NCBI RefSeq assembly: GCF_018398935.1
Contig: NZ_CP074694.1
Span: forward strand, 3,330,001 to 3,362,000
DNA: 32,000 bases
Direction of reading: 5' to 3'
Origin: Telmatocola sphagniphila
GTDB lineage: Bacteria; Planctomycetota; Planctomycetia; Gemmatales; Gemmataceae
Shown here: positions 8,697 through 18,406 of the stretch, in pieces
Position numbering within the stretch: position 1 is the stretch's first letter
Layout of the letters: each line of letters opens with the position of its first letter
The notes under the pieces: generated by a model
Databases searched by the model: none
What the model was told of the DNA's origin: nothing
Seen by the model: the letters and a program-made list of their open reading frames with translations, nothing else
Made by a program: the position numbers and the translations under genes

Positions 8697-9815
8697 ATGC
8701 TGTACCTGGATGCCAATTCGACCACTCCCGTAAATCCCGCAGTTCGAGAAGCAATGCTTCCCTGGCTGGGCAGTTGTTTCGGCAATCCTTCCAGCGCTCA
8801 CAGGTTTGGTCGTAAAGCCCGCCAAGCTCTCGAAGATGCTCGCGATCAGATCGCCGGGCTGTTGCATGCAGATTCCGACGAGGTGGTCTTTACCAGCGGC
8901 GCCACGGAATCGAATAATTTAGCTTTATTCGGACTCGTTCCGGAGTCGCCCTGTCGTTTCGCCGTGAGCCCTATCGAACATCTCTGCGTCACGGAACCCG
9001 CAAAACGGCTGCAAGCTCGAGGCTACATTGTCGATCCAATCGAAGTTGATTCGCAAGGAATCGTCAATGATCTGAATCTCGATAGTTCCACGCGCTTAAT
9101 CTGCATTATGAGGGTAAATCACGAAACCGGGGCGATTCAACCGATTTCCGATCTAGTCAATGCGAGCCGAATTCAGGCTCCGCAGACTTTATTCCACTGC
9201 GACGCGGCTCAGGCGGTGGGAAAACTCCCTGTAAATTTTCGGGAACTGGGTGTGGATTCGCTCTCTGTCAGCGGGCACAAATTCCATGCACCCCAGGGTG
9301 TAGGATTACTGCTGGTGAGAAAAGGGCTAAAGCTGAGGCCTGCTTTGTTCGGTGGCCATCAACAGCAAGGTCGGAGGCCCGGTACTGAAAGCGTTATCCT
9401 CGCCATCGGGTTAGCTAAAGCTCTGGAGCTTGCGGAAGCCGAGCGGGAACAAGCCTGGGTGAGATTGAGCCGTCTTCAATCTCGTTTCTGGGAGTTGCTG
9501 AGGGATCAAGCCGTCCCCGCCATTCGAAACTCTCCGCCGCAAAGTTCTCCTTATGTCCTTAATGTGTCCTTTCCTGGATGCCGGGCTGAATTGCTGCTGA
9601 TGAAACTGGATATGCTCGGCGTCGCTTGCTCCACGGGTTCTGCCTGCTCGAGCGGTTCCCTTCTTCCCTCGCCCGTTCTGAAGGCCATGCACGCGCCGGA
9701 AGAAATTCTCCGCTCGGCCATGCGCTTCAGCTGGACCCGAGATATTTCGGAGATCGAATTAGAGCAGGCCGCAGCGATTATCGCCCGGGCGGTTGCTGAA
9801 GTGCGCGGCCAGTAG
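8697..9815 (+). CDS. Cysteine desulfurase (class V aminotransferase, NifS/IscS family)
   Basis: The N-terminus is MLYLDANSTTPVNPAVREAMLPWL...GNPSSAHRFGRKARQALEDAR. The PLP-lysine context is SVSGHKFHAPQGVGLL. The catalytic-cysteine loop is ACSTGSACSSGS. Confidence 0.9.
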   Translation: MLYLDANSTTPVNPAVREAMLPWLGSCFGNPSSAHRFGRKARQALEDARDQIAGLLHADSDEVVFTSGATESNNLALFGLVPESPCRFAVSPIEHLCVTEPAKRLQARGYIVDPIEVDSQGIVNDLNLDSSTRLICIMRVNHETGAIQPISDLVNASRIQAPQTLFHCDAAQAVGKLPVNFRELGVDSLSVSGHKFHAPQGVGLLLVRKGLKLRPALFGGHQQQGRRPGTESVILAIGLAKALELAEAEREQAWVRLSRLQSRFWELLRDQAVPAIRNSPPQSSPYVLNVSFPGCRAELLLMKLDMLGVACSTGSACSSGSLLPSPVLKAMHAPEEILRSAMRFSWTRDISEIELEQAAAIIARAVAEVRGQ

Positions 9816-9827
9816 CCCCAAGTCTTT

Positions 9828-12185
9828 TCAACTGCGGTAAAACTTGTTTGCCAGCAAGTTTTCGAAGGCCATGAAGAGAAGTAAGAGAACCATCAGGAAT
9901 GGAAACAGTTCCACGGGTTGAGTCATGTTTCCTTTTAGAATTTCCCGAAGTTTAAATTGCTTACCGACTGGGGTAATGCCCTCTTTGCCAAAAATCGGTT
10001 CGATGGCTTCGACGGGCACCCTTTCCAGCCGACTTTCTTCCGGCGGAATATTTAAACTGAAGCCGTCGACCCAAGTTTTATCCTCGCTCGAAAGTGAATA
10101 ATTCCCAGGAGTTACCGTCTTTTCTGCAGGTAGCCGAAAGTAATTTTCTTTCGGGTCACGAGTAATTTGGGAATCGGTATTGCTCACATCCGGCCCGGAG
10201 AGATAAAAAGGTTTGGCATTCCTGCTCGGTTCCGTCGGCCATCGCACCACCGCCATCTGCCCGGTGTAGTAATTCACCTTCTCGAAGTTTTCGTTCTCTC
10301 CCACCAAGTATCGCATAGTCAAGGTGGATAAGACCAAGTGGAACGAGGTTTGCGAATAATTGTCGTAGAGATCGAACTGTTGATTGGCCGTGCCGGAGGT
10401 CTGCCGAGCGTTGAAAGTCATGGCGTACATCATCACCAGTCCGCGTCGAACGCCCGTCCCGACGGCACGTTCCAGAATCGCCGGATTGCCGCCTTCGCTA
10501 TTCGCCCCGTCCGCAAAGCGGGCCACAATCGTTTGATTATTTAGTGGCTGCACCTGCCAATAACGTTTGACGAGAGGTGGCGTTTTAACGAAGTTGATTC
10601 CGGGATCTTTCCGCCAGTCTTTGAATGGGGCTAGAAGCGGATGCTCGTAACGCATACCGGCCCAATCCCAACCGATATCCATTTCCGGCCGTTCGATCCA
10701 TTTCTCGAACGTTCCAGGCAGAATGCTTTGTGCCACGATGTTGTTGTAAGCAAGTTTATCCTGCTCCGAACCATCAGGGAAAATGAGAACCCGACCTCCC
10801 TGCTCCAGATAACTTTTCAACGAGTTCCAGAGTTTCTCCGAGGGACTCTTGAGTCCACACAGGATCACGGCTTCGTAGCGAGCCATTTCACTTTCGGGTG
10901 TCTGCCAAACGTCGACATTCTCACTCAGAACCAGATCGGAGGAAACCGATCGTACCGAACCGAAAGCTCGAATGTAGTGGTAGAGATCGAGTTCCTTTCG
11001 GAAGGGATTCGCTTCGAGATCGGCCTTGATCAGCTCGGTCGCCCCCCCTCCGAGTGCTCCAATCCGGGCGCTGCCATCGGCTATTGCCAGTACTTTTCGG
11101 GGCTCTCGAACACTGAAGGTGAGATAGCGGATATTATCGAACGGCAGAGCATCGGCGGTTTCCAATTTGATTTCGGCCGTGTGAAGTCCTTCCTTGATCC
11201 GGGATCGGCGAAACTCAATGGTTTTCTGCTCGCCCGCCTGGAGGTTGATAGGCTTCTTTTCGGTTTCATTCTCGGCATCGAACCGGCAGGAGATGATGTT
11301 CTCCGCAGCCTGGCCCGTGGCTTCCACAACGACACGAATAATAGCCTCGTCGCGGGGATCCAGCATCGCGGATTCCATACTCACGTCGCGGATGGCCATG
11401 TTGACCGGCTTGTCTATACCCACATCGAGATAGATCTGGAAGACTTCCGGTGGCGGGATTTTTTCGCGGAGCGATTTCAGATCGTCCACTCGTGAGGCGT
11501 CCCAGCTCGGCCCCTCTCGATCGGACAAAACCACTAACAATCTCGGCAACGGACCACTATCGGTCGGGGTTGTGGTATCGAGTCGAGCAAACAAACCGTA
11601 GGCTTGTTCGACACCTCGGGAGACAGTCTGACTATTGCCACGTGTTTTTTTGATACTTTGAATTTTCTTCCGGGCATCGAATGCGGTGGGCGACCAGTCG
11701 ACCAGGCGCTCCGAAGTATCGATGATCGCCACCTTGCTGTTGGGGGGCAATTCATCCAGAAGCTCCATCGCCCGACCACGAGCTTCATCGAGCATCGTCC
11801 AGGAGCCAGTAGTCGTTTCTTCGAGAAGTTTCAGGCCACGCTGCTGGGCTTCGGTCAGCCCCGACCTTTCGGCCAGAATATAACCCATGCTGGCAGAAGT
11901 ATCGAGGACTATGACGGCCGCAACTGGTTGTTCGCCTCGGATATTGAAACGATTACTTAACAAAGTGGGCTGAAATAGGGCTAAGGCCGTCAGACCGATC
12001 AGAAGCATACGCATCGCCAGCAACAACCAGTGCCGGAGCCTGATTTTTCGTTCGTTGATCCGCCGTTTCATTTTGAGGAAACGGAAGGTTGGCAGCGGTT
12101 GGCGTTTCGGCTCCTGCCGCATGATCAGGTGCAGCAGGATGGGCATACCGATCAGTGCCGCACCGGTGAAGAGAATCGCGTGCAT
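9828..12185 (-). CDS. BatA-N-terminal domain / von Willebrand factor A membrane protein
   Basis: The N-terminal double-TM motif is MHAILFTGAALIGMPILLHLIMRQEPKRQPLPTFRFLK...WLLLAMRMLLIGLTALALF. A vWA MIDAS-like motif (VAAVIVLDTSASMGY) is present. The C-terminal TM anchor is VELFPFLMVLLLLFMAFENLLANKF. Confidence 0.8.
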   Translation of the reverse strand: MHAILFTGAALIGMPILLHLIMRQEPKRQPLPTFRFLKMKRRINERKIRLRHWLLLAMRMLLIGLTALALFQPTLLSNRFNIRGEQPVAAVIVLDTSASMGYILAERSGLTEAQQRGLKLLEETTTGSWTMLDEARGRAMELLDELPPNSKVAIIDTSERLVDWSPTAFDARKKIQSIKKTRGNSQTVSRGVEQAYGLFARLDTTTPTDSGPLPRLLVVLSDREGPSWDASRVDDLKSLREKIPPPEVFQIYLDVGIDKPVNMAIRDVSMESAMLDPRDEAIIRVVVEATGQAAENIISCRFDAENETEKKPINLQAGEQKTIEFRRSRIKEGLHTAEIKLETADALPFDNIRYLTFSVREPRKVLAIADGSARIGALGGGATELIKADLEANPFRKELDLYHYIRAFGSVRSVSSDLVLSENVDVWQTPESEMARYEAVILCGLKSPSEKLWNSLKSYLEQGGRVLIFPDGSEQDKLAYNNIVAQSILPGTFEKWIERPEMDIGWDWAGMRYEHPLLAPFKDWRKDPGINFVKTPPLVKRYWQVQPLNNQTIVARFADGANSEGGNPAILERAVGTGVRRGLVMMYAMTFNARQTSGTANQQFDLYDNYSQTSFHLVLSTLTMRYLVGENENFEKVNYYTGQMAVVRWPTEPSRNAKPFYLSGPDVSNTDSQITRDPKENYFRLPAEKTVTPGNYSLSSEDKTWVDGFSLNIPPEESRLERVPVEAIEPIFGKEGITPVGKQFKLREILKGNMTQPVELFPFLMVLLLLFMAFENLLANKFYRS

Positions 12186-12346
12186 ACTATTAGTCTAACT
12201 TCCGGGGAGACAATTGGCACGACCTTTCGGCAGGAAGCGGATTTTGCTCTTGTAACACCCGCATAAATCAGATCGATCAAATCCGAATCTGTTTATTTCG
12301 GTTTGTCGTCCTAAAATATCGTCAATTCGCCGGGAGCCTTCCTCTG

Positions 12347-15300
12347 ATGACTGTGTCTGCTAAGCCCATTAAAAAGCTACTCGTTGCAAATCGCAGTGAA
12401 ATAGCCATCCGTGTTTTTCGTTCGGCGCACGAGCTCGCGATCCGAACCGTTGCTATCTATTCGCACGAAGATCGATTCTCTTTGCATCGATTCAAGGCGG
12501 ATGAAGCCTATCTGGTGGGTAAAGCCGGTGAGCCGATCCGGGCCTACCTGGATATCCCGGGGATCATCCAACTCGCCAAATCGATTGGCGTCGATGCCAT
12601 CCATCCGGGCTATGGCTTCCTCTCCGAGAATGCCGCTTTCGCCCGGGCCTGCCAGGAAGCGGGCATTATTTTCGTCGGCCCGAATCCCAAAATTCTGGAT
12701 TCCCTGGGCGATAAAGTCGCCGCCCGCAAGATTGCGCAACTGGCCAAGGTGCCAGTCCTGACTGGGAGTTCTCAACCGGTTTCCGATAACGAGGAGGCCA
12801 AGAAGATTGCCGAAAGTATCGGCTATCCGGTAATGATCAAGGCTTCGATGGGCGGCGGCGGTCGTGGCATGCGGCCGGTTCTGACGCCGGATCAGTTGGT
12901 GCCCAACCTCGAGTCGGCTCGACGCGAAGCGGGGAATGCTTTCGGCGTCCCAGATGTTTTCCTCGAAAAATTTGTGCGTCGGGCGCGGCACATTGAAGTG
13001 CAACTACTCGGCGACAATCATGGTAATCTGGTTCATCTCTACGAACGGGATTGCTCGCTACAGCGCCGGCATCAAAAGATCGTCGAGTTGGCTCCCGCCC
13101 CGAATCTTTCCGCACCGCTGCGCCAGAGAATTCTCGATGCGGCCCTGGCGGTCGGACGAGCTGTCGACATGAACAACGCCGGGACGGTCGAATTTCTGGT
13201 CGATGCCGATACCGACGAATTCTATTTCATTGAAGTCAATCCTCGCATTCAGGTCGAGCACACGGTTACGGAAGCCGTGACCGGCTATGATCTGGTGAAA
13301 TCCCAGATATTAGTCGCTCAAGGGTTGCCCTTGTCCGATCCGGAAATCGGCCTGGGAGATCAGGAAAAGATCACCACGCGCGGATTTGCAATTCAGTGTC
13401 GCGTCACTACCGAGGACCCTGCGAATGGGTTTACCCCCGATTACGGCCGGTTGTCCCACTATCGCAGTGCCGGCGGCAACGGTATCCGCCTTGATGCCGG
13501 GACTGCCTTCAGCGGTGCAGTCATCACCCCGTTCTACGATTCGATGCTGGTGAAAGTGACCGCGAGTGGCATCCGTTTTCTGGATGCGGCACGTCGTGTC
13601 GAACGATGCCTTCAGGAATTCCGCATTCGCGGCGTAAAAACCAACATTCCTTTTCTGTTGAATCTCGTTACCCATCCGGCATTTCTGGAAGGAAAATGCA
13701 CGACTCGATTCCTCGATGAAACCCCGGAACTTTTCCAGTTCAGTGCTCGGAAAGACCGCGCCAGCAAAATCCTCAATTATATCGCTGACATCATCGTCAA
13801 CGGCCATCCCGAAGCAGGCCGTGGCAATCTGAAATTGCCACTGGTTCCCAAAGTCCCGGGTGTGGTAGTGAAAAGCGATACTCCCATTCCGGCGGGCTCG
13901 CGAGATAAGTTCCGGGAACTTGGTCCGGAGAAGTTTTCGAAGTGGATTCGGGATCAAAAGCCCATTTTGATTACCGATACGACCATGCGGGATGCTCATC
14001 AGTCGCTGTTCGCCACCCGCATGCGAACGTTCGACATGCTGGCCATCGCCGATCGCTATGCTCATGTTCATTCCAATTTTTTCTCCTTGGAATGCTGGGG
14101 AGGCGCGACCTTCGACACCTCCATGCGCTTTCTCAAGGAATCCCCTTGGGAACGGTTGGCGAAGCTTCGGGAGAAAGTGCCCAACATTCTGTTCCAGATG
14201 CTACTGCGGGCGGCCAATGCTGTGGGCTATACGAACTATCCGGACAATGTCGTCGCCGCTTTTGTCAAAGAATCGGCTCAGGCGGGCGTGGATGTCTTCC
14301 GCATCTTTGATTCGTTGAACTGGGTTCCCAATATGCGCACCGCGATTGAATCGGTGCGTAATGCCGGAGCCATCTGCGAAGCGGCCATTTGCTATACCGG
14401 CGATATCCTCGATCCCAAACGGGACAAATATGGCCTCGATTATTATGTCAAGCTGGCCAAAGAGCTGGAAAAACTCGGGAATAACATCCTGGCCATTAAG
14501 GATATGGCCGGCCTGCTTAAACCATATGCAGCTCGCAAACTAGTTCAGGCGTTAAGGCAGGAAATCAGCATTCCGATTCACTTCCACACACACGACACCG
14601 CAGGTGGCCAAATCGCCTCCTATCTGATGGCGGTAGAGGAAGGTGTGGACATCGTGGACTGTGCCTTCGCTTCGATGGCCGGATTGACCAGTCAACCCAG
14701 TCTGAACGCGTTTATTGAGGCAGTACGATTCACGGATCGCGACCCGCATTACAACTTCGACGAATTGCAGACCACGGCCAACTATTGGGAAGAAGTTCGC
14801 AAGTACTACACTCCGTTCGAAACGGCTCAAAAAGCGGCCTCCTCCGAAGTTTATTTGCACGAGATGCCCGGTGGGCAGTACGCAAACCTCTACCAGCAGG
14901 CGAATTCGCTGGGAGTGGGAGATCGTTGGTACGAAGTCGGCAAAATGTACGCCGCAGTCAACCAGATGTTCGGTGATATCGTCAAAGTAACCCCCTCCTC
15001 CAAGGTGGTCGGCGACATGACCCTGTTCATGCTCGCCAACAATCTGACCCCGGAAATGGTCCTGAGCGGCACTAAGGAAATCGCTTTTCCGGAAAGCGTC
15101 GTCGAATTCTTTGAAGGCCGGCTGGGGCAGCCCCCAGGTGGTTTCCCGCCCGAATTGCAGAAGCGGATTCTCCGTGGCCGTAAACCTATGACCGATCGAC
15201 CCGGGGCAACTCTGGCCTCCATCGATCTGGAGAAAACGAAGACCGATCTGGCCGCCAAGTTGAAAATTCCAATCGGGGATCGCGAACTGATGAGTTCGTT

Positions 15301-15811
15301 GATGTACCCCAAGGTTTACGCCGATTATGTCGAGCATCAGAAAAAGCATTCCGACACCAGCATCCTGCCGACCAAAGTCTTTTTCTATGGCATGGATAAA
15401 GGGGAAGAGATCAGCGTCGATATCGAACGGGGCAAAACCTTAATCCTCCGCTACCAAGCTCTCGGTGATGTCCAGGACGATGGCCGACGGCAGGTTTTCT
15501 TCGAACTCAACGGTCAACCCCGCGAAGTGACTGTTTTCGACCGTTCCGTCGGTGCGGGATCTACCCGGGCCAAACCGAAGGCCGACAGTAACAACCCCCT
15601 GCAAATTGGCTCTCCCATGCCGGGGGCGGTCGTCCAGGTCGCGGTGAAAGTGGGCGAGACTGTCATCAAGGGACAGAAGCTGCTCACTTTGGAAGCGATG
15701 AAGATGGAAACCACGCTCTATGCTGAACGGCCCGGCACTATCGCTGAAGTTTTGACCAAGCCGGGCACACAAGTAGAGGGAGGCGATCTGCTCATTCGAT
15801 TCGAAAATTGA
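12347..15811 (+). CDS. pyc: Pyruvate carboxylase, single-chain (biotin carboxylase + carboxyltransferase + biotinyl domain)
   Basis: The N-terminus is KKLLVANRSEIAIRVFRSAHELAIRTVAIYSHEDRFSLHRFKADEAYLVG. The ATP-grasp motif is MIKASMGGGGRGMR. The carboxyltransferase region reads TTMRDAHQSLFATRMR...HFHTHDTAGG. The biotin attachment motif is EAMKMET, with the Lys codon at 15701-15703. Confidence 0.97.
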   Translation: MTVSAKPIKKLLVANRSEIAIRVFRSAHELAIRTVAIYSHEDRFSLHRFKADEAYLVGKAGEPIRAYLDIPGIIQLAKSIGVDAIHPGYGFLSENAAFARACQEAGIIFVGPNPKILDSLGDKVAARKIAQLAKVPVLTGSSQPVSDNEEAKKIAESIGYPVMIKASMGGGGRGMRPVLTPDQLVPNLESARREAGNAFGVPDVFLEKFVRRARHIEVQLLGDNHGNLVHLYERDCSLQRRHQKIVELAPAPNLSAPLRQRILDAALAVGRAVDMNNAGTVEFLVDADTDEFYFIEVNPRIQVEHTVTEAVTGYDLVKSQILVAQGLPLSDPEIGLGDQEKITTRGFAIQCRVTTEDPANGFTPDYGRLSHYRSAGGNGIRLDAGTAFSGAVITPFYDSMLVKVTASGIRFLDAARRVERCLQEFRIRGVKTNIPFLLNLVTHPAFLEGKCTTRFLDETPELFQFSARKDRASKILNYIADIIVNGHPEAGRGNLKLPLVPKVPGVVVKSDTPIPAGSRDKFRELGPEKFSKWIRDQKPILITDTTMRDAHQSLFATRMRTFDMLAIADRYAHVHSNFFSLECWGGATFDTSMRFLKESPWERLAKLREKVPNILFQMLLRAANAVGYTNYPDNVVAAFVKESAQAGVDVFRIFDSLNWVPNMRTAIESVRNAGAICEAAICYTGDILDPKRDKYGLDYYVKLAKELEKLGNNILAIKDMAGLLKPYAARKLVQALRQEISIPIHFHTHDTAGGQIASYLMAVEEGVDIVDCAFASMAGLTSQPSLNAFIEAVRFTDRDPHYNFDELQTTANYWEEVRKYYTPFETAQKAASSEVYLHEMPGGQYANLYQQANSLGVGDRWYEVGKMYAAVNQMFGDIVKVTPSSKVVGDMTLFMLANNLTPEMVLSGTKEIAFPESVVEFFEGRLGQPPGGFPPELQKRILRGRKPMTDRPGATLASIDLEKTKTDLAAKLKIPIGDRELMSSLMYPKVYADYVEHQKKHSDTSILPTKVFFYGMDKGEEISVDIERGKTLILRYQALGDVQDDGRRQVFFELNGQPREVTVFDRSVGAGSTRAKPKADSNNPLQIGSPMPGAVVQVAVKVGETVIKGQKLLTLEAMKMETTLYAERPGTIAEVLTKPGTQVEGGDLLIRFEN

Positions 15812-15871
15812 CTTCTTCCCGCCAGGACTCTCACCTAAATCGCCCCCTATTTTCTCTCCGGAGTGTATCTC

Positions 15872-17134
15872 ATGCGAACGACTCGTTACCTGTTGATCCC
15901 GGTGCTACTTCTCTTCTGGCTACCGGCGGCCAAATCCCAGGAATTCTTCTTAAAGCCCAAAGACCGAGTGGTCATGATCGGCGACAGCATCACCGAACAG
16001 CACCTCTACAGCAACTATGTCGAAATGTGGGTGGTCACCCGTTTTCCCAAATGGGATTTGACTTTCCGCAACGTCGGCATCGGTGGAGATACCAGTCGAG
16101 GCGGCAATTCCCGTTTCAATAGGGATGTCGTTTCGAATAAGCCCACGGCCATGACGGTCGATTTCGGGATGAACGATGGCGGATACCGCGCCTTCGAAGA
16201 AAATGGCTTCAAAGCTTACATGGGCGGCCTCGAAGGCATGGCCAAGCAGGCGGCCGCGGCGAATATCCGCTCGGCCTGGGTAACTCCGCAACCCTTGGAT
16301 ACAGGCGACCAGGGAGCCACCGCCCTCACCAATTATAACCTTACCCTCGAAAAGTATTCCGAAGGTGTAAAAACCACCGCTGAAAAGTATCACGGAGTAT
16401 TCGTAGATCAGTTCCATCCTTACCTGAGCGTGTTAGACAAAGCCCGCGCGGCTGGCCCCAAGTACGACCGCATTACCTCGGGCGATGCCGTGCATCCCGG
16501 TCCCCCCGGTCAAGCCTTAATGGCCGCTTCGATTCTCAAAGGACTCCATTTCCCGAAGACTGTTGCAAAAGTTTGTATCGATGCTTCCGCGGCCAGCCTC
16601 GCCAGCTGCGAAAATACCAAAGTGAGCAATTTGAAAAAAGAAGGCGAAGCGATCAAGTTCGATCAACTGGACGAAGCATTGCCCTTCTTTCCGGAGGACG
16701 CACGAAGCATACTAAAATGGACGCCCATTCTGGAGGATCTGAACGATTACAATTTGAAAGTGACGGGTTTGAAGGCCGGCAAATACGAGATCAAGCTCGG
16801 TGGCAAGAAAGTCGCGGAAGTTACTGCGGACGACTTGGCGACTGGAGTTAACCTGGCCGATGCGATTCTCAAGTCGGGGCCGATAGCCGATCAGGTCAAG
16901 GCCGTGCGAAAGGCCGTGGAAGCCAAGAACCGCGAGTATCACGACCGAATTTTCCGGGGAATTATTCTCGCGGGCGGCGTACCCGACTGGTTGGGTATCT
17001 CGGCCGAGGAAGTTGAAACTCGACGCAAAGCGGCAATTGAGAAGCGAATGGCCAAAGTCGTGGAACTCGACGGTGAAGTTCGCAAAACCCTAGAAATCAA
17101 GCCTCACACTGTAGAAATCAGTCCAATTCAGTAA
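15872..17134 (+). CDS. Secreted SGNH/GDSL hydrolase with a C-terminal accessory domain
   Basis: I prefer the ATG at 15872 (GGAG lies 8 nt upstream) to the GTG at 15863. The signal peptide is MRTTRYLLIPVLLLFWLPAAKSQ. SGNH blocks are visible: VVMIGDSITEQ (block I), VDFGMNDG (block III) and GDAVHPG (block V). Confidence 0.85.
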   Translation: MRTTRYLLIPVLLLFWLPAAKSQEFFLKPKDRVVMIGDSITEQHLYSNYVEMWVVTRFPKWDLTFRNVGIGGDTSRGGNSRFNRDVVSNKPTAMTVDFGMNDGGYRAFEENGFKAYMGGLEGMAKQAAAANIRSAWVTPQPLDTGDQGATALTNYNLTLEKYSEGVKTTAEKYHGVFVDQFHPYLSVLDKARAAGPKYDRITSGDAVHPGPPGQALMAASILKGLHFPKTVAKVCIDASAASLASCENTKVSNLKKEGEAIKFDQLDEALPFFPEDARSILKWTPILEDLNDYNLKVTGLKAGKYEIKLGGKKVAEVTADDLATGVNLADAILKSGPIADQVKAVRKAVEAKNREYHDRIFRGIILAGGVPDWLGISAEEVETRRKAAIEKRMAKVVELDGEVRKTLEIKPHTVEISPIQ

Positions 17135-17158
17135 TCGGAACGCAGCGAATCAATTTTT

Positions 17159-17186
17159 AGCTCCCTGGGATCAGGGAGCTTTTTTT
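17159..17186 (+). terminator. Rho-independent terminator of the SGNH hydrolase (and possibly the pyc) transcript
   Basis: AGCTCCCTG-GGAT-CAGGGAGCT forms a 9 bp stem with a 4 nt loop, followed immediately by TTTTTT. It starts 25 nt after the stop codon. Confidence 0.8.
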
Positions 17187-17384
17187 CGACCATCTGATTC
17201 CCTGAGATATCACCCAAACCAAAAACAACGCCGAAGCGTGAGCCTGAGGCGAGAGGATATTCATGCACGGAGAAACGTCGGGCAGATTACCCGTAGCTTT
17301 TCGGAAGAGATACAATGTTGCTGATTACGATCCGGGTGGCGAGCCAAAGGGCAATAGCAGAGCGTCCGGGATCGCATCGCCAAA

Positions 17385-18383
17385 TCATGCAGCCGTTCTT
17401 TCCTTCTTACGGATCGGAGTTGCGGCTTCCTTGGTACTGGCACTAGATTCCGAAGTTTCGCGCACCACGTAAATGGGCCGTCCCAGAATCTGTTCGTGAA
17501 TTCGCGCCAAATACTCGCTAAACGCCATCAGCGAGACCCATATGCCCGTAGCGGCGGTGTGCATTCCAACGATCAGGGTCAAAGCCAGCCAGCCTCCCGA
17601 TTGAGGTCGCCAGATAAACCAGGCGCTCAACGAAGCGAGGAAGCTGAAGGCAATCAGGGCCGAGGAAAAGAGCAGAGCGGCATGCAAAGGAACGCGAGAG
17701 AATGAAAGCAGGCCATCACGGGCCAAGCGAACCATCCGTAAAATTGAATATTTGGTACTACCCGCCGCTCGACCAGGCACGTCAAAGCTGACTTCATCCG
17801 GGGGAAATCCGAGCCAATGAATCATGCCGCGCAGGTAGCGCAATCTTTCGGGCATGTTCAGTAGAGCTTCGACGGCCTTCCGGGACAATAAACGATATTC
17901 CGAAACCGTGGGACGGAGTTCCATGCCGCTGCACCAGCGCATGGTCTTATGGAACAGGAAGGAAGAATAGCGTTTGAAGAAACCCAGGGACAGACTTTCC
18001 TGCCGAATCCCCAGAACGACATCCGCGCCTTTTTGCCATTTCTCGAGCATCTGAGGAATCATAATTGGCGGATGCTGCAGATCCGAATCCATCGTGATGA
18101 TGGCATCGCCGCGGCCATTTTCGAAACCGGCGGTCATGGCCGCCTGTTGGCCGAAGTTCCGGCTGAAGCGAATGAATCGGACGCGCGAATCCTTCTCGGC
18201 GAAAAGATGCAACAAATCGGGAGTGGCATCTCGCGAGCCGTCATCGACGTAGATGATTTCGTAGTCGAACTGGCCGGTTAAGGTATTCAATACCCGAGTC
18301 AACTCGGTATGGAATAACGGCAGTACATCCTGTTCGTTGAAGACAGGTGCAACGACTGTAATCAGCGGCAATGTATCGGACAT
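17385..18383 (-). CDS. GT2 glycosyltransferase of the polyprenyl-phosphate sugar synthase type (DPM1/GtrB/ArnC-like) with a C-terminal TM hairpin
   Basis: I chose the ATG at 18383 (MSDTLPLITVV...) over the TGG-adjacent TTG at 18395. Motifs: VVAPVFNEQDVLP, YEIIYVDDGSRDAT, RFSRNFGQQAAMTAGF and ITMDSDLQHPP. Two C-terminal hydrophobic helices are present (LHAALLFSSALIAFSFLASL and WLALTLIVGMHTAATGIWVSLMAF). Confidence 0.85.
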   Translation of the reverse strand: MSDTLPLITVVAPVFNEQDVLPLFHTELTRVLNTLTGQFDYEIIYVDDGSRDATPDLLHLFAEKDSRVRFIRFSRNFGQQAAMTAGFENGRGDAIITMDSDLQHPPIMIPQMLEKWQKGADVVLGIRQESLSLGFFKRYSSFLFHKTMRWCSGMELRPTVSEYRLLSRKAVEALLNMPERLRYLRGMIHWLGFPPDEVSFDVPGRAAGSTKYSILRMVRLARDGLLSFSRVPLHAALLFSSALIAFSFLASLSAWFIWRPQSGGWLALTLIVGMHTAATGIWVSLMAFSEYLARIHEQILGRPIYVVRETSESSASTKEAATPIRKKERTAA

Positions 18384-18406
18384 CCCTATCCCCAAGTATC
18401 CGCCGT

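Noticed and set aside
10641-11495. 284-aa plus-strand ORF inside the BatA/vWA gene
   Set aside because: It is antisense to a CDS with clear BatA and vWA motifs. Its translation has no recognisable motifs and an odd composition, typical of a shadow ORF opposite a codon-biased gene.
12377-15349. Several long minus-strand ORFs (12377-13003, 13310-14071, 14552-15349, 14890-15312)
   Set aside because: All are antisense to pyruvate carboxylase, which is recognisable along its entire length. They are shadow ORFs.
17187-17384. 198-nt gap between the SGNH terminator and the GT2 stop, checked for a small RNA, tRNA or small ORF (ORFs 17261-17443 and 17263-17472)
   Set aside because: I could not fold a cloverleaf or a convincing conserved-looking structure by eye. 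The small ORFs lack an RBS and overlap the GT2 3' end. I treat it as a convergent 3' UTR region.
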